The position numbers were made by a program, and so were the translations under genes. From the NCBI GenBank assembly GCA_964016885.1, contig OZ024740.1, positions 252,588,001 to 252,652,000 of the forward strand: 64,000 nucleotides of DNA, written 5' to 3'. This DNA is from Eledone cirrhosa. Lineage: Eukaryota. The notes below the pieces were generated by a model, which had not been told where the DNA came from, ran no database searches, and saw nothing but the letters and a program-made list of their open reading frames with translations. Every line of letters begins with the position of its first letter. The first letter of the stretch is position 1. Positions 34,766-53,066 of this stretch are shown one piece after another.

Positions 34766-34804
34766 TATATATATATATATGAATATATATATATATATAT
34801 GAAT

Positions 34805-34836
<32 letters not shown>

Positions 34837-34840
34837 GAAT

Positions 34841-34892
<52 letters not shown>

Positions 34893-34902
34893 GAATATAT
34901 AT

Positions 34903-34956
<54 letters not shown>

Positions 34957-34966
34957 GAATATATAT

Positions 34967-35022
<56 letters not shown>

Positions 35023-35032
35023 GAATATATAT

Positions 35033-35077
<45 letters not shown>

Positions 35078-35086
35078 TATATATAT

Positions 35087-35143
<57 letters not shown>

Positions 35144-35228
35144 TATATATATGAATATATATGAATATATATATATATATATATATGAATATATATATAT
35201 ATATATATATATTTTATTTTATAGAAGG

Positions 35229-35279
35229 AGCTTCTACAGGACTAGTACTGTTTCATTCAGATGAAATCTTCAGGAAGCT
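35229..35279 (-). ncRNA. Type I hammerhead ribozyme with a closed stem III
   Basis: AGCTTC-CTGAAGA-TTTC ATCT GAAT-GAAA-CAG..CTG-TA-GAAGCT; degenerate relative at 39696-39745 (+). Confidence 0.85.
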
Positions 35280-35719
35280 GGGTGTCATATTAAGTTCTGG
35301 TAGTGGTAAGGGAGGGGTGGTGGAAGGGGGGGGTGTATTTAGATACACAGGACCACTTCATGGCACAGGCCGTTTTTTCTTTGGGGAGTGGTCAATTAGC
35401 CAGAGTGCTTTTTTGAAATAAGTAAATGAGTAAATAAATGAATAAATAGATAAAAGAATAGATAGATAAAATAAATAAAAGGATAAATTAAAAAAAAAAT
35501 TAAAAAAAAAAATAAATAAAGACCCCAAGAATAGTAATTCAACAGATATATAGTAGGGAAAATTTAGGTGGGTTGGTAATAGAAATTAAACATTTAACAA
35601 GACTGAATCATGGCACAGGCTGGGGTGAGTGGTCAAGTTAACATACAAGCCACAATATTGTAGGATGGAAAGAATAAAATTATTTTACATACTCACAACC
35701 ACATACAAAAACACTTACA

Positions 35720-35728
35720 CACGCGCAC

Positions 35729-35759
<31 letters not shown>

Positions 35760-35840
35760 TATATTTAAACACTCACACACACATATTTAAACACTCACAC
35801 ACACATATACATACCTATACATATATATATATATATTTAT

Positions 35841-35881
<41 letters not shown>

Positions 35882-36309
35882 CACATATATATACATACAC
35901 ATGTGTGTGTGTGTGTGCACACCTACACATTCACACACATATACATACACATACATACATACATATATATATACACACACACACATATGTGTGCGTATAC
36001 ACATACACACACACACACATGCATACATACACATATATACATATATACACAAGAAAAACACAAACACACAAATATACACACATACATACACATACACACA
36101 CATATATCTACACATACACGCGATATATACATATATATGTGTATACACATATATATATATACACACCTACATGTACGTATGTCTCTCTTGAGTAAACTAT
36201 ACTATACATACAAATGCATAGACATACATACACACACAAACACATACATTCACACATATATATACATATATACACATACACACACACATACATACATATA
36301 AAAAATCTC

Positions 36310-36348
<39 letters not shown>

Positions 36349-36353
36349 CCCAT

Positions 36354-36422
<69 letters not shown>

Positions 36423-36560
36423 TATATATATACATACACACATGTATATATATACATATATACATACACACACATACACATTTACAAGCAAACACGCATA
36501 CATACACATACATACATACAAATAAACGCATATGCACAAACACGCACTCGTTCGCACTCA
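35720..36560. repeat. Mixed (CA)/(TA) low-complexity tract; the complementary (TG)/(TA) type is at 38590-39240
   Basis: Read directly. Confidence 0.95.
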
Positions 36561-36699
36561 TGCATGTGTCTATAGTATAAAGGTAGTGGGACAAATTTTA
36601 ATTTTAAAAATTTTAAATTTTAAACTGAATATATATATATATATTCATATATATATATATATATATATGAATATATATAAATATATATATATATATATA

Positions 36700-37998
<1,299 letters not shown>

Positions 37999-38039
37999 GT
38001 TAACAGCTTTCTCAGTAGAATGTTAAAATATATATATAT

Positions 38040-38440
38040 GAATATAAAATATTAAAAAAATAATGAATAAAACAATGAAACAGTTCCTTATATTAAACAA
38101 AAAAAGTTCATTATTTAACGATCGTTTCTAGGATATATATGTGTTAGAATTGGCATGCATATTCAACAGATCTATGTACAAAATTATACAAAATTATACA
38201 AACTATCAAAATTAAATATACATACCAAACACATATATATGCCGTCTTCAGAAGACTTTGGTATGTATATTTAATTTTGATAGTTTGTATAATTTTGTAT
38301 AATTTTGTACATAGATCTGTTGAATATGCATGCCAATTCTAACACATATATATCCTAGAAACGATCGTTAAATAATGAACTTTTTTTGTTTAATATAAGG
38401 AACTGTTTCATTGTTTTATTCATTATTTTTTTAATATTAT
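38040..38440. repeat. Inverted repeat with ~190-bp arms, centred near 38250
   Basis: 38050-38228 is the reverse complement of 38257-38438. Confidence 0.88.
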
Positions 38441-38591
38441 ATCTTGACTCTGTATTCCAGAATTAGCCGTCGAAACGGCTTGAGCTCAGCTGTCGGGGTC
38501 TTACTGGTTCCTATTACCCACTCTACTACCTCAAGTATTGAGTACTTTGGTGCGTTATGGTCCACCTGGTTCCTTACCACATTTCCTTCGT

Positions 38592-38622
<31 letters not shown>

Positions 38623-38897
38623 ATGTATGTGTATGTATTTGTGTATGTATGTATATATGTGTGTGTATGTATGTGTGTATATATATGTATATATATATAT
38701 ATGTATATATGAATATATGTATGAATGGTGTATCTCTCTCTCTCTCTATATATATATATATGTATATGTATATGTATGTATATATATATATATATATGTA
38801 TGTATGGTGCTTTTTCCTTATATATGTGTATATGTGCGTGTGTGTGTGTATATATATATATGTATATATATATGTATATGTGTGTATATATGTGTAT

Positions 38898-38935
<38 letters not shown>

Positions 38936-39030
38936 ATATATATATATATATATATGTATGTGTATATATGTGTATATGTATACACATGTATATTTGTGTG
39001 TATGTATGTATGTGTGTGAGTGTATATATA

Positions 39031-39073
<43 letters not shown>

Positions 39074-39098
39074 GTGTGTGTGTGTGTATATATATATA

Positions 39099-39129
<31 letters not shown>

Positions 39130-39777
39130 GTGTATATATATGTATATAAATATATTTATATATGTGTGTGTGTTCTTATATGTGTATATGTGTATGTGTA
39201 TGTGTGTTTATGGTTGCGCGCGAGTGTGTGAGTGAGTGTGTTTTTTTGTGAATGTGTCTGTTGATTTTTGGCATATAGTTGATTAGTTTAAGAGAAGTTC
39301 CAAGATAATTGTAAGATATGCACTCAGTATTTTGAATCTGTCTACAGAATTCTCTAAAGCTTTGTCACTTAGTAGAACCTTAATGAATTTAGCTTTTAAA
39401 GAACCTCCCTTTCCTTTAATTCCATCTACCATGACTGACCCCCCACTGATCTTATAGACATCTGTTAGCTTAAGAGAAACTTAATGACAAGGAATGGTAT
39501 GCCATCCAGAACCTGTTTATAGAATTCTGTCTGCCTTTGTTACTCTAAAAACAAAAATAAATAAAAATAAACTATAGCTTTGTAGAATTAGCTTTTAATG
39601 AATTCCCTTTTCTATCAACCAATGACCTACACCCATCCCACTCCCCACCCTCTCCTACCACTTGTAGAGACCTATAAATACCATATTTATTTTTTGATAC
39701 CCTGATTTCTAAAGAATGAAACAGTTCTAGTCCTGTAGAATCTCATCTATATTAAAACTATATATATATATATATAA

Positions 39778-41640
39778 TAATGAAATGACAGGAGGCTGGA
39801 TTTGTGTAAATCCAATTAAATACAATTAACGTTTCTTCATAAAAGACTATTTAATTAAACCCCGCAACCCAAAACCTCATAGAAGTTATTTGAATGTTTA
39901 ATCTTCAATTTTCTGTTTGTTCAATTCTCAATCCTCTTACTCCTTAGTTTTATAATGTTATTCTGAATTCTTTCAACTTCATCCGATAGAGTTAAGCAAA
40001 ATTCTAAAGTTCCAACTTTCTGTCGGACCGTTGGGTGGGTTTTGGCAGCGGCGCGACCAGCTCCCTGGCGAACGGGCTCACCTGGAGTGCTTGGAAAAAT
40101 AAATTTCCCCTTCTTTCGGTAAATGAAAATACTCGGCGTGGCTTAATTCGCCATGGGGCCCGGGGCGCGGCCGGTGTTTTAACCGCCAAATAGTACCTTT
40201 AAATTACAGAACAAATCGGAACTATTAGATATATCAACCTGAAACTGTTGAGCTTTAAATTTTCTAACCTCTTTAATATGGAATATTGATTATTAATTTA
40301 TTAATTTTTTAACTTCATCCTATAAGTCTAAACATTGTAACACACTGACCCACCTCTGCTAAGATGCGAGTCCCTGTGAAAATTTTGTCGCGCCACTCCT
40401 GGCCCGACTGTGGTGTGACATTAATATCGACCTTCCTTCCTCTCTCTTTCTATCTTCCTTCTTGTAGCTATCAACCATTACTCTTTTACTTCTCTAAGCA
40501 AAATTTTAAAGTTCCAACTTTCTGTCGGACTGTTGGGTGGGTTTTAATGGCGGCGCGACCGGCTCCCTGGCGAACGAGCTCACCTGGAGTGCTTGGAAAA
40601 ATAAATTTCCCCTTCTTTCAGTAAATGAAAATACTCGGCGTGGCTTAATTCGCCATGGGGCCCGGGGCGCGGCCGGTGTTTTAACCGCCAAATAGTACCT
40701 TTAAATTACAGAACAAATCGGAACTATTATATAATTAAATGTTAAACTGTTGAACTTTAAATTTTCTAACCTCTTTAATATTGAATATTGATTATTAATT
40801 TTTTTAACTTCATCCTAGAAGTCTAAACACTGTAAAACACTGACTCCCAATATATTCATCTCTGCTAAGATGCGGGTCCCTGTGAAAATTTTCTCGCGCC
40901 ACTCCTGGCTTGACTGTGGTCTGACATTAATATCGACCTTTCTTCCTCTTTCTTTCTATCTTCCTTCTTGTAGCCATCAACCCTTACTTTTCTACTTCTC
41001 TCTTCCCTTCCTTCTCTTCTCCCCTCCCCCTGTCTTCCTCCCGCAGACTTATCTTCCTTCCCCCTCTTGCTTGCCTATATCTGACCAGTAGTAGTTGCCT
41101 TCCTCTTTTAGCTGACATTAACCCTGGCTTCTCTTATTCTTTCTTCCCCCTTCTTCTCTCTCCTTCCTTTCTTTCTTTCTTTTACCTTGTGTCATGGGAT
41201 CGACGTTAACCTATGCTCCCATCCCTTTCTGTTTTCGTTCATCTGACCGGTAGTAGCATACTGTAAAATTTATCCACGTCACTCCAGGGCGACCGGCTGA
41301 GGTTGAAGGAACAGAATAGCGGTCGCCCTCGGGTCTCGATTTTCAGCCCCATGGATTTTACCTATTACATTCACGTATTATATTTTGAATACCTGATGAT
41401 ATCACCGGATTCATACGGAACCCGGTCATTGAAATGATCATAGTATAATAAACCTTTCAAGGATTTACACAAATCCAGCCTCCTGTCATTTCATTATAAT
41501 ATTTAACTCCGTAATAGCACCACCAACTACAAAAACAAAGACGGTTGAACTGCTTTACGTTGAGTACTCTCTATATTATTGCATTACGATTGACCATACG
41601 GAATAGACCAGCTCTATACAGTGGTGAACCTCAAACCTGA
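39778..41640 (+). mobile_element. Non-coding element with a 36-bp inverted end, internal ~502-bp tandem repeat and hammerhead
   Basis: 39778-39813 is the reverse complement of 41461-41496; units at ~39995-40495 and ~40496-41000; TA-flanked. Confidence 0.75.
41389..41446 (+). ncRNA. Minimal type I hammerhead ribozyme
   Basis: ATAC-CTGATGA-..ACCGG..CCGGT..-GAAA-TGATCA-TA-GTAT. Confidence 0.8.
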
Positions 41641-41674
41641 ATAAATATATATATATATATATATATATGAATAT

Positions 41675-41741
<67 letters not shown>

Positions 41742-41804
41742 TATATATATATATGAATATATATATATATATATATATATGAATATATATATATATATAT
41801 GAAT

Positions 41805-41834
<30 letters not shown>

Positions 41835-41836
<2 letters not shown>

Positions 41837-41889
41837 GTAAGTATGTATGTATACGTACATACATATATGTATACAGACGTACAGTAGCA

Positions 41890-41943
<54 letters not shown>

Positions 41944-42380
41944 TACATACAGGTACACATACATATATGCACGCATCAGTTTAGCGGACGCTTATTATAA
42001 CGCCGCTTTGTTTGTTTGTCAACAAACTGAACAGCCTGAATTTATGCCATACGGTGTTAAGGCAACCACGTCACCTTTTTGTTCAACACTGACACAGGAA
42101 TGATGTACTAGTTTCAAGCTTGTTAGCTATCATCAGCACCGTTTACCCATCTGCCAGATAGTTGAACGTTCGAAAGTATATACTTTCCTTATGAAAATTA
42201 ACGGCTGAGCAGCCTAATTTGCATATTGAGTGAGTTAAATCGGTCAGGCATACCGAAAACGATAAGTTGAAAAAAATGAAAACGAAATTTCATTTCTCAC
42301 TCTTAGTATGGCACTTACTTAAATGTAAGTATGTATGTATACGTACATACATATATGTATACAGACGTACAGTAGCATGC

Positions 42381-42413
<33 letters not shown>

Positions 42414-42496
42414 TACATACAGGTACACATACATATATGCACGCATCAGTTTAGCGGACGCTTATTATAACGCCACTTTGTTCGTTTGTCAACAAA
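41835..42496 (-). mobile_element. Dispersed copy (~1.3 units) of the 501-bp hammerhead repeat; hammerhead at 42099-42143
   Basis: Aligns to the 52667-54900 units. Confidence 0.88.
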
Positions 42497-43084
42497 GGAG
42501 GCTGTCTGGATAGTGAGATGTTTATAATTATTTTATTAGTTATAGTGTTAAGCTCAGTTAGAACAAGACGGAGAAAAAAAAAAAAAGAAAAAAAAAACGG
42601 AGAGAAAGAAAAAACGGAGAGAGAGAAATAAGGAGAGAGAGAAAAAAGGAAGATATATATAAATAGATAGCAAGAGATGAGAAAGAGAAAGAAATTAGAA
42701 AGGCAAAAGAAAGCAACAGAGATAATAATAATAATTTTTTTTTTTTTTTTTCTCTCCGTCTTTTTCTAACAGTGCTTAACACTATAACTAATAAAATAAT
42801 TATAAACATCTCACTATCCAGACAGCCTCCAAAAATAATGGTCGCTTCTAATATGGTACGTCTAAATTATTTATAAAACTGTTTATATATTGTATTTTAT
42901 CTGACGAAGGCATGCCATATTTTAATTTGGTATCCCTGAAATATCTATAATAAAATAAATATGGTTTTATAAATATAGTTTCCATTTATTTAATATCGTA
43001 TATCTATTCCAAAAACTTGTCGAGTGCTTTATATCGGTTACAAAATATTTATTGTTGTATCCCAACAATTTTAAATAAAACTTT

Positions 43085-43157
<73 letters not shown>

Positions 43158-43248
43158 GAATATATATATATATGAATATATATATATGAATATATATATA
43201 TGAATATATATATATATATGAATATATATATATGAATATATATATATA

Positions 43249-43288
<40 letters not shown>

Positions 43289-43460
43289 AAAGTTTTATTT
43301 AAAATTGTTGGGATACAACAATAAATATTTTATAACTGATATAAAGCACTCGACAAGTTTTTGGAATAGATATACGATATTAAATAAATGGAAACTATAT
43401 TTATAAAACCATATTTATTTTATTATAGATATTTCAGGGATATATTATAGATATTTCATA
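42497..43460. mobile_element. Hydra-like PLE terminal fragments: short inverted arm, plus-strand end to 43089, inverted end 43285-43442
   Basis: Homologous to 31900-32185 and 28539-28623. Confidence 0.82.
42893..42957 (+). ncRNA. Minimal type I hammerhead ribozyme
   Basis: TATTTTAT-CTGACGA-AGG..CCT-GAAA-TATCTA-TA-ATAAAATA. Confidence 0.88.
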
Positions 43461-43877
43461 TATATATATATATATGAATATATATATATGAATAAATATA
43501 TATATATATGAATATATATATATGAACATGTATATATGAATATATATATATATATATGAATATATATATATATGAATAAATATATATATATATGAATATA
43601 TATGAATATATATATATGAATAAATATATATATATATGAATATATATATATGAACATGTATATATGAATATATATATATATATATGAATTTATATATATA
43701 CATATATATATATATATGAATATATATATATACATATATATATATATATGAATATATATATATGAACATGTATATATGAATATATATATATATATATGAA
43801 TATATATATATATACATATATATATATGAATATATATATATGAATATATATATATATATATGAATATATATATATAC

Positions 43878-43909
<32 letters not shown>

Positions 43910-43911
43910 GA

Positions 43912-43944
<33 letters not shown>

Positions 43945-43957
43945 AATATATATATGA

Positions 43958-43988
<31 letters not shown>

Positions 43989-43989
43989 A

Positions 43990-44025
<36 letters not shown>

Positions 44026-44027
44026 GA

Positions 44028-44059
<32 letters not shown>

Positions 44060-44256
44060 GAATATATATATATACATATGAATATATATATATGAATATA
44101 TATATATGAATATATATATGAATATATATGAATATATATATATATATATATATGAATATATATATATATATATGAATATATATATATATATATATGAATA
44201 TATATATATATATGAATATATATATATATATATATATATGAATATATATATATATA

Positions 44257-44304
<48 letters not shown>

Positions 44305-44425
44305 TATATATATATATATATCCACCCCTTCACCCTCCTTGCTACCTCACGAGGGGCTGCGGTCAGCCACACTATCTCTCCCCCTCCCCCCCCCCTCTCT
44401 TTCTTCCCCTCTATCTCTCTCTTAG

Positions 44426-44478
<53 letters not shown>

Positions 44479-44929
44479 AGATAAGTTCTCCTTCATGTTT
44501 ATTCACTTTCGCCAATCCACCGCTGCTTCAATTATTTCTATGATGGACTCATGTAAATCGTAAAGTACAATTCTTCTCTCCATTTCCACGCTCAATTTCG
44601 TACATAGTCCAAACAAACATCCAATCTCGCAAAATCCGAAATCTGTATTTTTGTTATCTATTTAAGGTTTAAATACGGTGTTTTTGTCGTATTGAACAGA
44701 ACAAATCTTGCAGTTTTGCTTTTTGTTAAATCGCTTGTTAAACATTCATAACCTTCCAGCTAGCTACCCCACACCCCTCCCTCCCGCCCCCACACGCCAC
44801 CATACTTAATACGTGGACCAATCATAAGCCAGAGCCCCCCCCCCGCATCACCACCATTATTATAAGCCAGAGCCCCCCACCCCCACCCCACGCATCACCA
44901 TTATTATTATTACGCGGACCAAATCATAA

Positions 44930-47900
44930 GCCAGAGGCCTATACTATCGCTTGCCCGGTTGCCTTCGATATATGATGGATGGATGGATGGACGGACGGAC
45001 TGCGGAATCCCGGAGAGTGGAAGGGAGAGAAAAATCTGGACGCCCAGAGCGAAAATGCCAAAGTTAAAGTCAAATTCACCTCATGGACGAGAATGCGAGC
45101 ACTCCTCTTTGTTTCGTCCGCGGATGGCTAACATAACCCTATCTCCTCCCGCCCCCCACCACCCCCACCCTCCAAACGCAACCCAAAACTTCAGAGTTGG
45201 TACCATAAATGTAGGCACCCTAAAGGGTCGCGCTAACGAGGTTGTAGAAATGCTTGAACGTAAGGAGGTCGATGTTTGTTGTATTCAAGAGACCAGGTGG
45301 AGGGGTGGGTCTGCTAGATTCATTGAGGGTAAAAAACGATGTTATAAGCTTTTCTGGGTGGGAAACGACGATGGGCTGGGTGGAGTAGGAATCATGGTAG
45401 CAGAAAAGTGGGCAGATAAGATAATAGACGTAAATAGAGTGAACGACAGAATAATTAAAATAAGACTTGTCCTCAATAGAACTACGGTGACAGTAATATC
45501 TGCGTACGCACCCCAATCCGGACTGCCCGGCACTATAAAAGACAGATTCTATGAGACACTGTTGCTAACTACCTCCCAAATATCTGACAGTGACTATATA
45601 ATTATTGCAGGCGACCTAAATGGTCATGTTGGACAACATTGTGACGGCTACGACGAAATCCATGGAGGCTATGGGTTTGGTACTAGAAATGAGGAAGGCT
45701 CCAGAATTCTGGAATACTGTGATGCAAATAACCTAACTATCTGTAACACTAACTTCAAAAAACGTGACAATCACCTGATTACCTATAGATCCGGGGAACA
45801 CACAAGCCAGGTAGATTATATCCTTACCAGAAGACGTGACAGAGTGTCTGTTGTAAACACTAAATCCCTCCCCCATGAAGAATGCACCTCCCAACATAGA
45901 CTGATAATTAGCGACCTCACAGTCAGGACGAGACGTACCCGACAGCAGAAGAGGACTATCCTCAGGAGGAAAATATGGAAACTAAAGGACCCCACAGCCA
46001 GAAATAAATTTCAAAGCATATTACTTGATGCTTTCGACAGTAAGGAAGAGCATCTAGAATCGGACAATATAGAGGGACAGTGGAAATTTCTGAAAGCAAA
46101 CCTGCTGTTGGCGACAGACGAAGTCTGTGGCTGGAGCAGGCCTGTAGGCAGGAGGAGAGTAACATGGGTGGAGGGGTCAATTAAGGCCAAAAAGCAGGCT
46201 TGGAAAGTATGGCGGGATGGGGGAAGTAGAGTAGACTATCAAGTGGCCAGGAGGGAAGCTAGGAGAGAAGTGTACTTAGCAAGAAGGGAAGCTGAGGAAA
46301 GAAAGTTCAAGCATGTTCTACAACGCGATGACCAAAAACGTGAGGTGTTCAGGATTGCCAGGCAATGCGTCAAGGAAAACCGTGATATTGTCGGGGAGAA
46401 GTGTGTACTTAACGATGATGGCATACTTGCCATCACCGACACTGATAAGAAGGTAGCTTGGAAGTGTCACTATGAAAGGCTACTAAATGAGGAGAATAAA
46501 TGGGAGAAAGACAGTCTCCCCCATATCGACCCGATAGAGGGACCAGCAGTGTTAGTCGAGGGGAGTATAATAAGTAAGGCAATCAAGGATATGAAGACTG
46601 GTAAGGCGGCTGGGCCTTCGGAAATAGTTGCTGAGATGCTGAAGGCATCTGGCACGGTGGGACACACCATGGTCACCCGCATAGTTAACCAAGTCGTACA
46701 GAATGGGGTTGTTCCGAAGGACTGGCATAGCAGCATCATCGTTAACTGTTATAAGGGTAAAGGAGACGCCCTAGATAGGAGTAACTATAGAGGCATTAAA
46801 TTAATCGACCAGGTCATGAAGGTCACGGAAAAAGTAATAGCGCAACTAATCAGAGAGAGAATTGATCTAGATGAAATGCAGTTCGGGTTTGTGTCAGGCA
46901 AAAGCACCACAGACGCTCTTTTCATAGTACGACAACTACAGGAGAAGTACCTAGCTAAAGGTAAACCCCTCTACTTAGCTTTTGTCGACCTGGAGAAAGC
47001 CTTCGACAGAGTCCCCCGCTCCATTATCTGGTGGGCTCTTAGAAAACTAGGCGTTGACGAATGGCTTGTGAGGGCTATACAAGCCATGTATAAAGAAACA
47101 GTCAGCAAGGTTAGAATTAACAACGAATATAGTGAAGAGTTTAGCGTAAAAGTTGGCGTCCATCAGGGCTCTGTTCTCAGCCCCCTACTATTTATTATTG
47201 CCCTTCAGGCTATAACAGAGGAGTTCAAGACAGGCTGCCCATGGGAACTCCTATACGCAGACGACCTGACACTCATAGCGGAATCAATGGCCGAGCTAGA
47301 GAAGAAATTCCAAACATGGAAGCACGGCCTAGAGTCAAAAGGACTTAAAATTAACCTGGCTAAGACCAAAGTTCTAGTTTGTAGGAAAGAAAACAAGGCG
47401 GCGGTCCCTTCTGGGAAATGGTCGTGCTCGGTATGTAGGAAAGGCGTAGGTAGAAACTCCATCTTATGTCCTAAATGCAAAGTATGGGTGCATAAAAGAT
47501 GTAGTGGGATCACAGGTAAGCTAACTAAGAACATAGACTTTACATGTGGCCGGTGTTCTGGTGCAATAAGTAGCAGCAAGTGCCCACAAAATACTAGCTC
47601 TTTCAATTGCGCAGAGGGTTCTATAGAAATAGTGGACAGCTTCCGTTACCTGGGCGATAAAATCAGCAGTGGGGGAGGGTGCTCTGAAAGTACTGTAGCT
47701 AGAGTCAGAACTGGTTGGAAAAAGTTCAGAGAGCTTATACCACTATTAGCTGCTAAAGGGTTCTCCCTAAAAATGTAAGGCAGGTTGTACGATGCCTGCA
47801 TACGAACAACAATGTTGCATGGTAGTGAGACCTGGGCATTGTGTGCAGAGGATATACGCAGACTAGAGAGGAACGAAGCTTGCATGCTCCGCTGGATGTG

Positions 47901-48574
47901 TAACAGTAATATACGTGAACGGCAAAGCATAAACGAACTAAGGAAAAAATTAGAGATAAGAGGGATCAGATGTTGTTTACTCGAGAGAAGGCTGCGTTGG
48001 TATGGACACGTGATGCGCATGAAAGTCGATAGCTGTATTACAAAGTGCAGGGCAATAAAGATAGACGGTAGCCACGGAATAGGCAGACCTAGAAAAACAT
48101 GGGATGAGCTGATAAACTCCGACCTCACACACTTACACCTCTCCAAGACAATGTCACTGGACCGTGACCTTTGGCGGTACTCAGTAACAGAGAAGACCCG
48201 CCTTGCCAGTAGCCATCTCTAACAAACTACACCCCGTCCCGCCACCACCCCCACCCCATCCACACCACCCCGTTCTATGTAAAGTTATGTTGGTGCCGCG
48301 CCATCCAGGCCGAAACAAATGAGATCGTGTAGGTGTCACGACAAAAAAACACACAGTCCACGCTGTAATGTGGCCGTGTAGGCAACACGGTAAAAACCTC
48401 CCAGACCCACACTGTAAATGTGGTTGGTGTTAGGAAGGGCATCCAACTGTAGAAAACCTGCCAGACAGTCCTATGCGAGCAAGACAATCACTCTTGCCTC
48501 AAGCAAGTGGGACTACCCCCGTCCAAACCCATGCAAGCGTGGAACACGGACGTTAAACGTTGATGATGATGATG

Positions 48575-48575
<1 letters not shown>
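44930..48575 (+). mobile_element. RTE family 1, near full-length copy (5' boundary uncertain)
   Basis: Single ORF APE-RT-PHD-C-terminus; one UTR repeat unit; (GAT)n tail. Confidence 0.95.
45055..48222 (+). pseudogene. RTE ORF (APE endonuclease + RT with PHD finger) broken by an AAA>TAA stop at 47776
   Basis: [36 protein letters not shown]; sister copies read ATGAAAGGC where this copy reads ATGTAAGGC; 15-bp in-frame deletion in WWWNSK. Confidence 0.93.
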
Positions 48576-48640
<65 letters not shown>

Positions 48641-48648
48641 GAATATAT

Positions 48649-48682
<34 letters not shown>

Positions 48683-48683
48683 G

Positions 48684-48718
<35 letters not shown>

Positions 48719-48794
48719 GAATATATATATATATATATAAATATATATATCTATATATATATATATATGAATATATATATATGAATATATATAT

Positions 48795-48823
48795 ATTGTT
48801 ATACTTTGGGAGGGTCATGTTGC

Positions 48824-48879
<56 letters not shown>

Positions 48880-48892
48880 TATATATATGAAT

Positions 48893-48951
<59 letters not shown>

Positions 48952-49137
48952 TATATACATATATATATATATATATATGAATATATATATATATATATGA
49001 ATATATATATGAATATATATATGAATATATATATGAATATATATATATATATATATATATGAATGTATATATATATATATGAATATATATATGAATATAT
49101 ATATATATATATGAATATATATATATATATATATATA

Positions 49138-49213
<76 letters not shown>

Positions 49214-49480
49214 TATATATATATATATATGTATATGAATATATATAAATATATATATATTTTCATATATATATATGAATATATATATATATATATGAAT
49301 ATATACATGAATATATATATATATATATATATGAATATATATATTTATATGAATATATATATATATGAATATATATATACATGAATATATATATACATTA
49401 ATATATATATACATGAATATATATATATATATATATATATGAATATATATATATTGTTATACTTTGGGAGGGTCATGTTG

Positions 49481-49488
<8 letters not shown>
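48795..49488 (-). mobile_element. Two ~34-bp remnants of the Neptune-like family 2 terminus (48795-48828 and 49454-49487) inside (TA)n
   Basis: ATTGTTATACTTTGGGAGGGTCATGTTG(C/A)CAATAA. Confidence 0.8.
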
Positions 49489-52209
<2,721 letters not shown>

Positions 52210-52212
52210 TAT

Positions 52213-52285
<73 letters not shown>

Positions 52286-52353
52286 TATATATATATATGA
52301 ATATATATATATATGAATATATATATATATATATGAATATATATATATATATA

Positions 52354-52420
<67 letters not shown>

Positions 52421-52421
52421 C

Positions 52422-52475
<54 letters not shown>

Positions 52476-52493
52476 TATATATATATATATATA

Positions 52494-52667
<174 letters not shown>

Positions 52668-52715
52668 TATGTATGTATACGTACATACATATATGTATAC
52701 AGACGTACAGTAGCA

Positions 52716-52767
<52 letters not shown>

Positions 52768-52940
52768 TATACACATATGCATACAGGTACACATACATAT
52801 ATGCACGCATCAGTTTAGCCGGCGTTTATTATAACGCCGGCCGCTTTGTTCGTTTGTTTGTCAACAAAGCGAACAGCCTGAATTTATGCCATACGGTGTT
52901 AAGGCAACCACGTCACCTTTTTGTTCAACACTGACACAGG

Positions 52941-52985
52941 AACGATGTACTAGTTTCAAGCTTGTTAGCTATCATCAGCACCGTT
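52941..52985 (-). ncRNA. Minimal type I hammerhead ribozyme (representative unit)
   Basis: AACGGTG-CTGATGA-TAGC TAACAA GCTT-GAAA-CTAG-TA^CATCGTT; 7-bp stem I; palindromic ACTAGT stem III. Confidence 0.92.
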
Positions 52986-53013
52986 TACCCATCTGCCAGA
53001 TAGTTGAACGTTC

Positions 53014-53066
53014 GAAAGTATATACTTTCCTTATGAAAATTAACGGCTGAGCAGCCTAATTTGCAT
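53014..53066 (-). promoter_or_regulatory. Candidate snRNA-type promoter in each unit: octamer ATGCAAAT (53059-53066) and TATATA (53019-53024)
   Basis: Motifs lie directly upstream of the hammerhead on the same strand and are conserved in all six hammerhead-bearing units; function is inferred. Confidence 0.4.

Noticed and set aside
40130-40195. HDV-like ribozyme in the GC-rich core
   Set aside because: One hairpin is visible but the nested double pseudoknot could not be built
39778-41496. DNA transposon or MITE with 36-bp TIRs
   Set aside because: The right repeat is subterminal, ~145 bp before the TA flank, and follows a hammerhead, which fits a PLE-type inversion better
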